Part shown: in pieces, positions 1 to 9,996 of the stretch
Position numbering within the stretch: the first letter of the stretch is position 1
Layout of the letters: every line of letters starts with the position of its first letter
Assembly: GCA_963727485.1 (NCBI GenBank)
Contig: CAVSGM010000002.1
Coordinates: 96,001-160,000, forward strand
DNA from: an uncultured delta proteobacterium
Lineage (GTDB): Bacteria > Myxococcota > Myxococcia > SLRQ01
DNA: 64,000 nucleotides
Direction of reading: 5' to 3'
Notes under the pieces: model-generated
Databases searched by the model: none
What the model was told of the DNA's origin: nothing
What the model saw: the letters and a program-made list of their open reading frames with translations, nothing else
Made by a program: the position numbers and the translations under genes

Positions 1-2
1 CC

Positions 3-1817
3 GCCGGCGAGGCCAGGGACGCCCTCGAGGCGGACCTCCGGGGCCAGCTCCAGGCCGCCGCCGAGGCCAAGGACGCCCTCGAGGCGGAGCTCCGGGGCCA
101 GCTCCAGGCCGCCGCCGAGGCCAAGGACGCCCTCGAGGCGGACCTCCGCGGCGAGGTCCAGGCCCGGGACGAGCGCATCGCCGAGCTCGACCGGGCCGTC
201 GCCGCCCGGGACGAGCGCATCGCCGGCCTCGAGGGGGACCTCGCCGACCGGGACGGCACCATCGCCGCCCTGGAGCAGACCGTCGCCGAGCGCGAGGCCA
301 CCCTCGCCGACCTGGAGCGGGCGGTGGCGGCGCGGGACGAGCGGGTCAACGGGCTCACCGCCGACGTCGCCGAGCGCGACGGGCACCTCGCCGCCCTCGA
401 GGGGGAGCTCGGCGACACCCAGGATCAGCTCGCGGTGGCCCGGGAGGCCCTCGCCGAGCGGGAGGGGCAGGTCCAGGCCCTGGAGCAGGAGCTCCAGGCG
501 TCCCGGGACGAGGCCGCCCGGGTCCAGACCGAGCTCGAGGCGCGGATCGCCGAGGGCAGCGGCCGGGAGCAGGGGCTCCAGGCCGAGCTCGAGACCACCC
601 ACGCCGCCGCCGAGACCCGGGCCCAGGAGCTCGCCAGCGAGATCGCCGACCGGGAGGAGCAGGTCCGGCGCCTCACCGACGAGCTCGCCTCCGCCCGCCG
701 GGACGCCGCCGACGGCGAGACCCGGCACCAGGCCGCCCTCGCCGAGCGGGACGGCCAGGTCCAGGCCCTCGAGGCCGAGGTCGCCCGCCTCGGGGAAGAG
801 GCCGGGGCCGCCCGGGCCGAGACCGCCGCCGCCACCGAGGCCGGGGCCCGTCAGGCCGAGGGCCTCGAGCAGGCCGCCGCCCGGGCCCGGGACGAGGCCG
901 CCCGGCAGCTCGCGGCGGTGGAGGCCGCCCGGGCCGAGGCCGAGGCCCAGGCCACCCAGCGCACCGCCGAGCTCGAGGCCGCCTCGGCCGCCCGGGCAAC
1001 GCTCGAGGCCGAGGTCGCCGCCCGGGACGAGGCCCTGGGCCAGGCCCGCACCGCGGCCCGGGACCTCGAGACCCGCCTCGGCCAGGCCCAGGCCGCCGCC
1101 GAGGCCCGGGCGACCGAGCTCGAGGCCGCCGTCGCCGCCGCCGAGGCCGCCCGGGGCGAGGCCGAGGCCCGCCTCGGAGAGCGGGTGGCGGCCCTCGAGG
1201 CCGAGGTCGCCGGCGGCGAGAAGAAGCGCAAGGAGACCGTGGAGAAGGCCAACGCCTTCATCGAGCAGGCCAAGGGCCAGATCGCCCAGTACAAGAAGAA
1301 GATGACCGACCTCGAGGCACGCCTCGAGGACGCCATGACCGCCCGGGCCCACGCCGAGCGCACCCTGGGCGAGCGGGCGACCGCCGCCGGCCAGGCCCTC
1401 GCCGACGCCAAGAAGCGCCTCGACGCGGCCCAGAACGAGGCCCGGCGGCTCAAGACCGAGCTCGCCGAGGCCCAGCAGACCGCCCGGGCCGAGCTCAAGG
1501 CCGAGCTCGACCGCCGGGAGGCCCGGCGGGCCCAGGAGGTCCAGCGCCTCCAGGCGACCCTCCAGGAGAAGGCCAAGGCCCTCAAGGTGGCAGAGCTCGA
1601 GGTCCAGCGCCTCCGGGCCCGGGCCGGGGGCGGGGCGCGTACGGCGGCGAAGGCGCCGGCGCGCACCGCCGCCCCGACCCCGGGCGCCGGCGATCCCGAC
1701 CTCGACGACGACGGCGACCGCACGGTCATCGCCCCGGCCCCCACCGCCGAGGGCGAGGGTGGGGGCGACGGGGACGATCCGGAGCTCAGCCAGGTCCTGA
1801 AGAACCTGGGCGGGTAG
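3..1817 (+). CDS. aglZ: Long coiled-coil protein, C-terminal part (5'-truncated by the window); AglZ-like gliding motility protein
   Basis: Frame open from base 3; Ala/Glu/Leu/Arg heptads. C-terminal KAELDRREARRAQEVQRLQATLQEKAKALKVAELE and acidic DRTVI tail resemble my recollection of the Myxococcus AglZ C-terminus. The N-terminal receiver domain is not in the window. Confidence 0.65.
   Translation, partial: AGEARDALEADLRGQLQAAAEAKDALEAELRGQLQAAAEAKDALEADLRGEVQARDERIAELDRAVAARDERIAGLEGDLADRDGTIAALEQTVAEREATLADLERAVAARDERVNGLTADVAERDGHLAALEGELGDTQDQLAVAREALAEREGQVQALEQELQASRDEAARVQTELEARIAEGSGREQGLQAELETTHAAAETRAQELASEIADREEQVRRLTDELASARRDAADGETRHQAALAERDGQVQALEAEVARLGEEAGAARAETAAATEAGARQAEGLEQAAARARDEAARQLAAVEAARAEAEAQATQRTAELEAASAARATLEAEVAARDEALGQARTAARDLETRLGQAQAAAEARATELEAAVAAAEAARGEAEARLGERVAALEAEVAGGEKKRKETVEKANAFIEQAKGQIAQYKKKMTDLEARLEDAMTARAHAERTLGERATAAGQALADAKKRLDAAQNEARRLKTELAEAQQTARAELKAELDRREARRAQEVQRLQATLQEKAKALKVAELEVQRLRARAGGGARTAAKAPARTAAPTPGAGDPDLDDDGDRTVIAPAPTAEGEGGGDGDDPELSQVLKNLGG
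9..150 (+). repeat. 54-bp in-frame tandem repeat (about 2.6 copies; EAKDALEAxLRGQLQAAA)
   Basis: Units start at 9, 63 and 117 with gaggcca(g/a)ggacgccctcgaggcgga. Confidence 0.85.
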
Positions 1818-1972
1818 GTGAAGGTCCTACTCGTGCCCACATAGGGCCCTTACGTGGGTGGATCGCGCCTGGATCATCACATCCCCGCCATGTAGTCTCC
1901 CGCGATTGCGTTCCGTGGTGCGCCTGTCGCGTGCCGGGTCGGGCGCCCGAGTCTGCTGGAGGGGTCAACGTG

Positions 1973-4510
1973 ATGTCGAAGTCCTGGTCGAGTTACCGCG
2001 CAAGCCTGTTGTCCCTTCTGGGCAGCTCCCTTCTCGTCCTGGCCGCCTGTGGCCAGAACGGCCCGGCGCCGGGCACCGGCGGCGGCGACGACGGCGGGGG
2101 CAGCAACTCCGGCATCTGCAGCACCAACAAGGACTGCACCGGGGGCATGGTGTGCAGCGGTGGGGTCTGCACGCAGCCCACCAGCTGCCAGCGGGACACC
2201 GACTGCAACCCCGGCCAGACCTGCAACGTCCTCACCGGCAAGTGCGAGAACGGCACGGCCACCGACGGCGGGTCCGGCGGCGGCACCGATGGCGGGGTCA
2301 CCGACGGCGGCACGCCCGACGGCGGCGCCACCGACGGCGGGACCGCGGACGCGGGCACCCCCATCTGCACCCCGGGGACCGTGCAGTGCACCTCCGACGC
2401 CACGGGCATCCAGACCTGCAGCACCGACGGCATGCAGTGGAACACCACCACCTGTGACGCGTCGACGCCGGTGTGCGTGAACGCGAGCTGCCTGCTCTGC
2501 GCCCCGGGGTCCACCCAGTGCAACGGCAACGTCGCCGAGACCTGCGCCCAGGACGGCGCCTCCTGGAACGACACCGACTGCGCGGCCACCGGCGGCACCT
2601 GCAACGGCGGGCTGTGCCAGGTGTGCACGCCTGGGGCCGTGCAGTGCAAGGACCAGACGACCTCCGAGACCTGCAACAGCACCGGCACCGCCTGGACCGA
2701 CACCGCCTGCAGCAACGGCATCTGTGACTCGACCAACGGCCAGTGCAAGGCCACCACCTGCGTCCCGGGCTCGCCCAACACCTGCCAGGGCGACAAGGTG
2801 GTGAGCTGCAAGTCCGACGGCTCGGGCTACACCACGGTCACCGACTGCGCCGCCCAGGGCGGCACCTGCCAGGGTGGCCAGTGCGTGAGCCTCTGCGACC
2901 AGGCCGCGGCGAACAACTCCTACATCGGCTGCGAGTACTGGCCGGTGGCGCTCTCCAACCCGGTGTCCAAGAAGTTCCAGACCGAGTACGGCCTGGTGGT
3001 CTCCAACCCCAACGCGGGCACCACCGCGATCGTCAAGGTCTACAAGAGCGGCTCCACCACCCCCGTCGTCACCCAGAGCGTGGTGGGCGGGGCGGTCCAG
3101 AACATCAAGCTGCCCTGGAACGCCATGAACGCCGATCCGGGGGACGGCAACGGCAACCAGGCGTCGGCCACCACCAAGGGCGCCATCGCCTACAAGATGA
3201 CCAGCTCGGTGCCGGTCACCGTCTACCAGTTCAACCCCCTGTCGAGCGCCAAGCCCAGCGGCTGCACCTCCGACACCGACTGCCTCCTCCAGTCCGGGAG
3301 CGCCTCGGACACCTGCGACACGACGACCGGGACCTGCTCCCTCAGCGACTACGCCTACTCCATGGACGCGTCGCTGCTCCTCCCGGCCCACATCTATGGG
3401 CAGACGAACCCGCCGTCGGGCAGCCCGGCCAGCACCTACGTGGCGGCGACCCTGCCCCACAGCCACGTCCATACGGACTGCGGCGGCTCCAGCGCCCAGG
3501 AGGCGGACCTTCCCTCCATCGTGGCCATCGTGGCCAGCAGCCCGGGCACCACCACGGTGCATGTCCACGCCCAGGGCGCCATCGCCGCCGGGGGTCCGGT
3601 CAGCCAGATCGTCCAGCCCGGCAGCGACGTCACCTTCACCCTCAATCAGTACGACGTGCTCCAGCTCGCCAGCGCCCCGGCGGGCACGGCCACGGTCGAC
3701 AGCCAGAGCCAGCCGCTCGCCTGCGGGTTCTTCCAGACCCTGAACACGAAGTACAGCGAGTACCCGGACTCGGACCTCACCGGGTCGATCATCACCGCCG
3801 ACCACCCCATCGCCGTCTACGGGGGCGCCGACTGCCGCTTCGTGCCGTACAACAAGTACGCCTGCGACCACATGGAGCAGCAGCTCTTCCCCTTCCAGAA
3901 CTGGGGCGACAAGTACATCGGGGCGGTGAGCCAGCCCACCGGCCAGTCCAACGTCGGCGACCTCTGGGAGGTCGTCGCCGCGGTGAGCGGGACCAAGGTC
4001 AGCTTCGATCCGCCCATCAGCGGCATCTCCAACCCGACCACCCTCAACGCCGGTGAGAAGATCCGCTTCCCCACCAACAACAACTTCGTGGTCAGCAGCC
4101 AGGACCTCCAGCACCCGATCCTGGTGACCCAGTTCTTCCAGGGCGAGGAGGCCCACTCGGCCCAGGTCGGCGACCCGACCATGATCCTGGCGGTGCCGGT
4201 GGAGCAGTACCGGACCGACTACGCCTTCTCCACCCCGACCACCGTGGCCCAGGACTACATGAACGTCATCCGGCCCACCGGCGCCGCCGTCACCCTCGAT
4301 GGCCAGCCGGTGAGCCCGGCCTCGGGGTGGACCACCGTGGGCTCGAGCGGGTTCCAGGTGGGCCGGGTGTCCATCACCGACGGGACCCACCACCTCTCGG
4401 CGGCGCAGCCGGTGGGGCTCACGGTCTACGGCTACGACAGCTACGTGAGCTACGGCTACCCCGGCGGCCTCGACCTGAAGCAGACGGTGATCATCGTCCC
4501 CGGCGGGTGA
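1973..4510 (+). CDS. Cys-rich lipoprotein with C-terminal IgGFc-binding-type domain
   Basis: Lipobox LVLAAC; Cys-rich repeats; TDGG linker repeats; motifs [52 protein letters not shown] upstream of GTG1970/ATG1973. Confidence 0.8.
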   Translation: MSKSWSSYRASLLSLLGSSLLVLAACGQNGPAPGTGGGDDGGGSNSGICSTNKDCTGGMVCSGGVCTQPTSCQRDTDCNPGQTCNVLTGKCENGTATDGGSGGGTDGGVTDGGTPDGGATDGGTADAGTPICTPGTVQCTSDATGIQTCSTDGMQWNTTTCDASTPVCVNASCLLCAPGSTQCNGNVAETCAQDGASWNDTDCAATGGTCNGGLCQVCTPGAVQCKDQTTSETCNSTGTAWTDTACSNGICDSTNGQCKATTCVPGSPNTCQGDKVVSCKSDGSGYTTVTDCAAQGGTCQGGQCVSLCDQAAANNSYIGCEYWPVALSNPVSKKFQTEYGLVVSNPNAGTTAIVKVYKSGSTTPVVTQSVVGGAVQNIKLPWNAMNADPGDGNGNQASATTKGAIAYKMTSSVPVTVYQFNPLSSAKPSGCTSDTDCLLQSGSASDTCDTTTGTCSLSDYAYSMDASLLLPAHIYGQTNPPSGSPASTYVAATLPHSHVHTDCGGSSAQEADLPSIVAIVASSPGTTTVHVHAQGAIAAGGPVSQIVQPGSDVTFTLNQYDVLQLASAPAGTATVDSQSQPLACGFFQTLNTKYSEYPDSDLTGSIITADHPIAVYGGADCRFVPYNKYACDHMEQQLFPFQNWGDKYIGAVSQPTGQSNVGDLWEVVAAVSGTKVSFDPPISGISNPTTLNAGEKIRFPTNNNFVVSSQDLQHPILVTQFFQGEEAHSAQVGDPTMILAVPVEQYRTDYAFSTPTTVAQDYMNVIRPTGAAVTLDGQPVSPASGWTTVGSSGFQVGRVSITDGTHHLSAAQPVGLTVYGYDSYVSYGYPGGLDLKQTVIIVPGG

Positions 4511-4560
4511 CCCGGCCGGGGGGCGCCGTGGCCCGATGGGCCCTGGCGCCCGGACGCGAA

Positions 4561-4594
4561 ACGGGCCGCCCGGCGCTGACGCCAGGCGGCCCGT
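4561..4594. terminator. GC-rich hairpin between convergent genes, probable bidirectional terminator
   Basis: ACGGGCCGCC(C)GGCG-ctga-CGCC(A)GGCGGCCCGT inverted repeat; a second hairpin at about 4521-4551; no clear U tract. Confidence 0.55.
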
Positions 4595-4639
4595 CTTGCA
4601 TCCGGAGCGCCCCGGGCGGGGCGCGACCCGGGGCGGGGA

Positions 4640-5551
4640 TCAGCTCCCCTTGGAGTGGTTCACGAACTGGGCGATGGACTCCTGGATGCCGGCGCAGATG
4701 GTCGCCTCGCTCATGTCCATCACCTTGGCGAAGCCGCCCTGGACCTGCTCCAGGGTCATCCCGTCCTGGGGGGGCACGGAGAAGGGCTTCGAGCGCGTCC
4801 AGTTGAGGTGGTAGATGAGGCCGCCGCCGACCTCGAAGACCTGGCCGTTGGCCTCGCAGCTCTCGTGGCAGAGCCAGCCGACCAGCGGCGAGACCAGCCC
4901 GGGATCGAGGTTCTCGAGGATCTCGGGGGGCATGATGGTCTCGGTCATCCGCGACTTCGCCACCGGGGCGATGACGTTGGTGTGGATGTTGTACTTGGCG
5001 CCCTCGGCGGCGAGCGTCTGGCCCAGGCCCACCAGGCCCATCTTGGCGGCCGAGTAGTTGGCCTGGCCGAAGTTGCCGTAGAGGCCCGCGGCCGAGGCGG
5101 TCATGATGACCCGGCCGTAGCCCTGCTCGCGGAGCAGCGGCCAGGCGGCCTTGGAGACGTTGTAGCCGCCCTTGAGGTGGACGGCGATCACCGCGTCGAA
5201 GTCGGGCTCGGTCATCTTCACGAAGGACTTGTCCCGGAGGATGCCGGCGTTGTTGACCACGATGTCGAGGCGGCCGAAGGCGTCGACGGCGGCCTTGACC
5301 ATGGCCTCGGCGCCGGCGGTCTCGCTCACCGAGTCGTAGTTGGCGACGGCCTCGCCGCCGGCGGCCTGGATCTCCTCGACGACCTTCTGCGCCGGGGTCT
5401 GGCTGGCGTCGCCGCCGCCGAGGGAGCCGCCGAGGTCGTTGACGACCACCTTGGCGCCGCGGCTGGCGAGGAGCAGGGCGTGGGAGCGGCCGAGGCCGCC
5501 GCCGGCGCCGGTGACGAGGGCGACCTTGTCGTCGAAGCGGATGTCACTCAT
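4640..5551 (-). CDS. SDR family oxidoreductase, similar to the 3-hydroxyacyl-CoA dehydrogenase domain of peroxisomal MFE-2
   Basis: TGAGGGLG, VVVNDLG, NNAGILRDKSF, YSAAK; start MSDIRFDDK preceded by AGGA. The long ORF 4640..8257 overextends it. Confidence 0.9.
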   Translation of the reverse strand: MSDIRFDDKVALVTGAGGGLGRSHALLLASRGAKVVVNDLGGSLGGGDASQTPAQKVVEEIQAAGGEAVANYDSVSETAGAEAMVKAAVDAFGRLDIVVNNAGILRDKSFVKMTEPDFDAVIAVHLKGGYNVSKAAWPLLREQGYGRVIMTASAAGLYGNFGQANYSAAKMGLVGLGQTLAAEGAKYNIHTNVIAPVAKSRMTETIMPPEILENLDPGLVSPLVGWLCHESCEANGQVFEVGGGLIYHLNWTRSKPFSVPPQDGMTLEQVQGGFAKVMDMSEATICAGIQESIAQFVNHSKGS

Positions 5552-5682
5552 GGGAGTCCTCCGGATGGATGGCGTGACGTCACGGCCGCCGGCTGGCGGC
5601 CAGGCGGGCCTCGTTCTAATACACGCGGGGCCCCGCGCCCAGCGTGGCGGCGCTCGCAGATCCTGGGTGACGCCGGTCGGGC

Positions 5683-7173
5683 CTACCCGGCGTCGGTGCC
5701 GGTGGCCGAGCCCGCCGGGCCCTTGGCCGCGCCGGCGTCCTCGGAGTCCATCCCCGGCAGGTACGCCACCGCCCGGTTCCGGCCGCTGCTCTTGGCGTGG
5801 TAGAGGGCGGCGTCGGCGCGGTCGAGGAGGGTGACGTCGTCGTCGGCGTCGTCGGGGAAGGTGGCGACCCCGAGCGAGAGGGTCACCCGGCCCAGCGGCT
5901 GGGTCTCGCCCCCGGGGAACGCGTGGCCCTCGATGGCCTGGCGCAGCTTCTCGGCGACCTCCAGGGCCTGCTCGGCGGGCACCTGGGGCAGGAGCACGGT
6001 GAACTCCTCGCCGCCGTAGCGGGCCACCAGGTCGACCCGGCGCACCGTGTGCCTGAGGGTGGCGGCGACCTGCTGGAGCACCCCGTCGCCCATGGGGTGG
6101 CCGTGGGCGTCGTTGTACTTCTTGAAGTGATCGACGTCGACCATCACCGCCGAGAGGGGGTGGCCGAAGCGCCGGGCCCGGTCGAGCTCCATCTGGAGGC
6201 GCTGGCCCAGGCTCCGGCGGTTGAACACGCCGGTGAGGGGATCGGTGAGCGAGAGCTGGACCGTCTTCTCGTAGAGGCGGGCGTTGGCGATGGCCAGGGC
6301 CGCCTGGGAGGCCACCGTCTCCAGGAGCCGGACCTCCTCGTCGCCGAAGGCGTTCACCTCGGGGCGGGTGAAGGCCAGGGCCCCGACGATCTCGTCGTGG
6401 TAGATCATGGGGATGACCAGGAGCGAGCCGTCGCTCTTCCGCCGGCCCTTGTAGTGGAGGTAGCGGGGCTCGGCGGCGGTGTCGGGGACGAGCACGGTGC
6501 CCCGCTTCTCGTGGGCCAGGGCGATGATTCCCTCGTCGTCGTGGAAGCGCAGGCCCCCGACCTGGCCGGCCTCCTCGCCGAGGCCGTAGGTCTCGGTGAT
6601 GACGTAGTCGCCGGCCTCGGCGTCGTAGAGGAGCAGGGTGAAGTCGTTGAACCCGAGGGTCACCCCGACCATCTCGGTGATCTTCTCCAGGACCGGGTCG
6701 AGCTCGAGGGTGGAGGTGATGGCCCGGGTCAGCTCGATGAGCAGGGTGAGGTCCCGGACGTTCTGGGCGAGCTCGGTCTGCAGCTCGAGCTCGCGCTGCA
6801 TCAGCTCCTTCTCCCGATCGCTGTCGATCTGGGTGGCGGAGAGGTCGGTGATGGTGGCCAGCATCACGTTGAAGCGCCGGGCGAGCTGGCCGAGCTCGTC
6901 CTCGGTGGCCACCGGGGCCCGGATGAGGAAGTCGCCCTTCTCGGCCCGGGCGATGACCCCCGAGAGCCGGCCCAGGGGCAGGATGACCAGGCGGTGGACC
7001 CCGACCAGGGTCGCCAGGGTGGCGGCGAGGATGGCCCCGGCGAGGATGATGGTGGTCCGGGAGGTCGGCGGGTCGTTGAGCAGGTACACGCCCACCCCTG
7101 CGACCGCGATGCCCGTCGCGCCTGCGAGCAGGGCGACCTTGCGCCCGACCTTTCGCCGGAAAAAGCCCACCAT
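5683..7173 (-). CDS. Membrane diguanylate cyclase (2TM-HAMP-GAF-GGDEF)
   Basis: HAMP DELGQLARRFNVM; GAF; DPLTGVFNRR, DVDHFKKYND, I-site RRVD, GGEEF. Confidence 0.92.
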   Translation of the reverse strand: MVGFFRRKVGRKVALLAGATGIAVAGVGVYLLNDPPTSRTTIILAGAILAATLATLVGVHRLVILPLGRLSGVIARAEKGDFLIRAPVATEDELGQLARRFNVMLATITDLSATQIDSDREKELMQRELELQTELAQNVRDLTLLIELTRAITSTLELDPVLEKITEMVGVTLGFNDFTLLLYDAEAGDYVITETYGLGEEAGQVGGLRFHDDEGIIALAHEKRGTVLVPDTAAEPRYLHYKGRRKSDGSLLVIPMIYHDEIVGALAFTRPEVNAFGDEEVRLLETVASQAALAIANARLYEKTVQLSLTDPLTGVFNRRSLGQRLQMELDRARRFGHPLSAVMVDVDHFKKYNDAHGHPMGDGVLQQVAATLRHTVRRVDLVARYGGEEFTVLLPQVPAEQALEVAEKLRQAIEGHAFPGGETQPLGRVTLSLGVATFPDDADDDVTLLDRADAALYHAKSSGRNRAVAYLPGMDSEDAGAAKGPAGSATGTDAG

Positions 7174-7185
7174 CCCCGACCGGGG

Positions 7186-7194
7186 AGTCTAGCA
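7186..7194 (-). promoter_or_regulatory. Extended -10-like element TGcTAGACT upstream of the diguanylate cyclase
   Basis: Reverse complement of agtctagca; 12 nt before ATG 7173. Confidence 0.4.
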
Positions 7195-7239
7195 CCCCCG
7201 GCGCTGGAGCGGGGCGCCACTCGGCCCGGCCGCCCGGTC

Positions 7240-8257
7240 CTAGCCCCGGTGGGCCGAGGGGTCCGACCCGCGGTCGTGGGGGAAGGGGATGATCTCGGCG
7301 CCCTGGCCCGGGGGCAGGGGCATGGGCAGGGGGCCGTCCCCGAGGGCCTCGAGGTCCCGTCGCCGGCGGCGGCGCCGGCGGATGACGATGACCACGAAGA
7401 GCACGCTGGTCATCCCCCAGACGAAGCCGGTGGAGGTGAGCGCCGGGAGCCACGTGTAGCGCAGGCGCATGTCCGAGAGCCAGTCGCGCTGGAGCTGCCA
7501 CAGGGGGGTGCCGGTGGCGGTGGCGAGGGCGTCGTCGAAGGCCTCGCCGCTGGCCACGTGGCGCACCAGCCGGTGGACCGCCGGGCGCCCCTGGGTCCGG
7601 AAGAGCCAGTCGACGAAGGCGATGGACTCGGCGTAGGCGGTGGGGACGTCGGCGGGGTCCTCGGGCCAGCCCCGGGTGAGGTCGTCGAGGTCGATGACGT
7701 GGCCGCTGGTGACCGCGGCGGCGAGCACCGCCACCCGGGAGAGGTCGAGCTCCCGGGCGTGGTAGGTGGCCATGCCCTCGAGGAACCACCGGGGGAAGCG
7801 GCCGGGGGCCAGGCGCCCGAGGGCCAGGTGGCTCACCTCGTGGGCGAGGATCTGGGCCGGCTGGTCGGCCCGGGGGCCCCCGCGGATGTTGAGGACCACC
7901 AGGTTCAGGGCGGGGTAGGCGACCCCGGCGGCCCAGCTCGGCACCCGGGCGCCCTTGGGCTGGAGGGCCTGGAACTCGGTCTCGCCGTCGGCGACCCGGA
8001 TCTCGGGATCGCCCGGGGTAGTCCCGGCCCAGGTCCGCGGCGATGCGGCTGCGGATGGCCTCGGCCTGGTCGGCGAGGGCGCGGCCGGCGCCGACCGCGT
8101 CGGGGGCGGCGTAGACGCTGAAGCGCGTGGTCTCGGTGACCGGTACCGCCAGGGGCGGGGGCGCCGGGGGATCGAAGAGGCCCGGCGCCACCTCCGGCCC
8201 CGCCGCGGCCGCCGGAGCGGCGAGGAGGAGAGCGGTGAGCAGGGCGGCGAGGCGCAT
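7240..8257 (-). CDS. Secreted, membrane-anchored peptidase MA-like (gluzincin) protein; apparent +1 frameshift near 8005-8010
   Basis: Signal peptide MRLAALLTALLLAAPAAAA in one frame continues as EIRVADG...PSWAAGVAYP...LAHEVSH...PRWFLEGMA plus C-terminal TM in the next frame; total length 3n+1. Confidence 0.75.
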
Positions 8258-8267
8258 CCGCTACAAG

Positions 8268-8576
8268 TTAAAACGCCCCGGCCGGAGTGCCAGAGAGACG
8301 GCGCGCGAGGTAAGCCGGGTCCACCCCGGCGACGTGCACGGTCTTCCGCCGGCCGGTCTGCCCCCGGACCAGGGTCACGGCGCGCTTCGGGACCCCGGCC
8401 TCGGCCGCCATAAGCGCCACCACCGCGGCGTTGGCGGCTCCGTCCACCGGGGGCGCGGCGACCTGCACCTTGAGCCGGTCCCCGTGGGGTCCGACCACCC
8501 GGCTCCGGGAGGCCCGGGGCTGGACCAGCAGCTCCAGGCGCGCCCCGTCGCCGTCGGCGGCGATCCACGCCGGCAC
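8268..8576 (-). CDS. yggU: DUF167/YggU family protein
   Basis: VQPRASRS, LKVQVAAPPVDGAAN, GQTGRRK; follows divIVA; GTG start inferred. Confidence 0.85.
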   Translation of the reverse strand: MPAWIAADGDGARLELLVQPRASRSRVVGPHGDRLKVQVAAPPVDGAANAAVVALMAAEAGVPKRAVTLVRGQTGRRKTVHVAGVDPAYLARRLSGTPAGAF

Positions 8577-8580
8577 CGGG

Positions 8581-9123
8581 TCAGTCCTCGCCGCCCCCGT
8601 CTCCCTCGGCGGCACGCCGGGGGGCGAGGAAGGCCACGTTGTCCTCGATGCGCTCGGAGAGCTTGGGCGCCTCGGGCTGGCCCTTGAAGGTGTCGAGGAG
8701 GGCCACGTGGCCCTCGACCATCTTGCGCAGCTCGGCCTCGAAGCGGGCGCGCTGGCCCTTCATGGCGTTGATGTCCTGGATCAGCTCCACCAGGCGCCGC
8801 TGGGCGTCCTGGACCACCTTCTCGGCCTGGTTCTCCGCCTCGGCGAGGAGGAACTCGGCCTCCTTGCGGGCCTGGGCCTTGATGTCGGAGGTGATCTTCT
8901 GGGCGGTGAGGAGGGTCTCCTGGAGGACCTTCTCGCGGTCCTTGTACTCCTCGAGGCGCGCGGTCTTGCGCCGCAGCTCCTCCTTGAGGTTGATGCCCTC
9001 CTTCACCGCCTCCTCGAGCTCGCCGGCGACGAGATCGAGGAAGGCGTCGACCTCGGCCTCGTCGAGGCCGCGCCACACGGTGCGGAAGGTCTTCTTCTGG
9101 ATGTCCAGCGGCGTGATCTTCAC
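8581..9123 (-). CDS. divIVA: DivIVA domain coiled-coil protein
   Basis: KITPLDIQKKTF...RGLDEAEVDAFLD signature followed by coiled coil; GTG overlaps the upstream stop. Confidence 0.88.
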   Translation of the reverse strand: MKITPLDIQKKTFRTVWRGLDEAEVDAFLDLVAGELEEAVKEGINLKEELRRKTARLEEYKDREKVLQETLLTAQKITSDIKAQARKEAEFLLAEAENQAEKVVQDAQRRLVELIQDINAMKGQRARFEAELRKMVEGHVALLDTFKGQPEAPKLSERIEDNVAFLAPRRAAEGDGGGED

Positions 9124-9893
9124 CGGTCGGCTCCCTGGGCCGCCTGGCCCGGCTCGGCGCCGGCGCCCGGGGGTGGCGCGGCGGCCGTGAGGTGCCGCGT
9201 CACCAGGGCGTGCACCGCAGGCGAGAAGAGGACCCCGGCGTGGCCCACGTGGTCCACGCGGACGAGCTCGGCGGGGTGGAAGGCCGCGTCCTCGGGGGCG
9301 CGGATGAAGTGGTCGCGGTCCGAGACGATGGACAGGCAGCGGACCCCGGCGAGGCGGTCGGTCCCCGCCCACAGGCGCTTCATCAGCTCCGAGTCCGGGG
9401 TGAGCTCCCGGATGAGGGGCACCGGCCGGGCGAGGCGCGCCAGCCCCAGGCCCCGGTGGGGCGTGGAGAGGGTCACCAGGGCCCGGGCGCGGTCGGCGCC
9501 GCCGAGCTCCTGGAGCCAGAGGCGGGCGAGGAGGCCCCCGAGGCTGTGACCCACGATCACCACCTCGGCGTCCGCCGGGACCTCGGTCTCGACGAAGCGC
9601 GCCAGGTCCCTCGCGTGGTCGGCCACCCGGCCCCGGGCCTTGTAGGCGAAGGCGGCGAAGCGCCGGTAGCCCGCCCGGCGCAGGGACCGGCCGAGCGGCC
9701 AGAGGCTCCCGGGGCTGGCGCCGTGGCCGTGGACCAGGATCACCGCCGGGCCCACGCCGCCGTCGCGGGTGGTCAGGGCGCTGCCCACCGGGAGCAGGGC
9801 CCCCTGGAGGGCGTAGGCCACGGCCTCCCCGGCCACGAAGCGGGGCAGGGCGGGCCTGGATGCGGCCTCGGACGCCTGCGCACGACTCACCAC
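9120..9893 (-). CDS. Alpha/beta-hydrolase (lipase/esterase-like)
   Basis: VILVHG, GHSLGG nucleophile elbow, STPHRG, D and GH; GTG start at 9893 or 9890 downstream of TTGACC and TATAGC/TAGCTT. Confidence 0.8.
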   Translation of the reverse strand: MVSRAQASEAASRPALPRFVAGEAVAYALQGALLPVGSALTTRDGGVGPAVILVHGHGASPGSLWPLGRSLRRAGYRRFAAFAYKARGRVADHARDLARFVETEVPADAEVVIVGHSLGGLLARLWLQELGGADRARALVTLSTPHRGLGLARLARPVPLIRELTPDSELMKRLWAGTDRLAGVRCLSIVSDRDHFIRAPEDAAFHPAELVRVDHVGHAGVLFSPAVHALVTRHLTAAAPPPGAGAEPGQAAQGADR

Positions 9894-9996
9894 GGGAAAG
9901 CTATACCGCCGCGAAAGCAAAGGTCAATTTCGGGACGTCTCCCCAGGGGCCCCCGGCGCGGCCGGGCGCGGGTCCCGCGGCGACGCCGGGGCGCCG

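Noticed and set aside
1818..1970. Riboswitch or ncRNA in the lower-GC gap before the IgGFc lipoprotein
   Set aside because: No recognisable riboswitch consensus and only weak pairing; more simply a promoter region.
4640..8257. 1205-aa ORF suggesting a signal peptide-SDR fusion
   Set aside because: Artefact joining the frameshifted peptidase N-terminus, shadow sequence and the real SDR, which has its own RBS and start at 5551.
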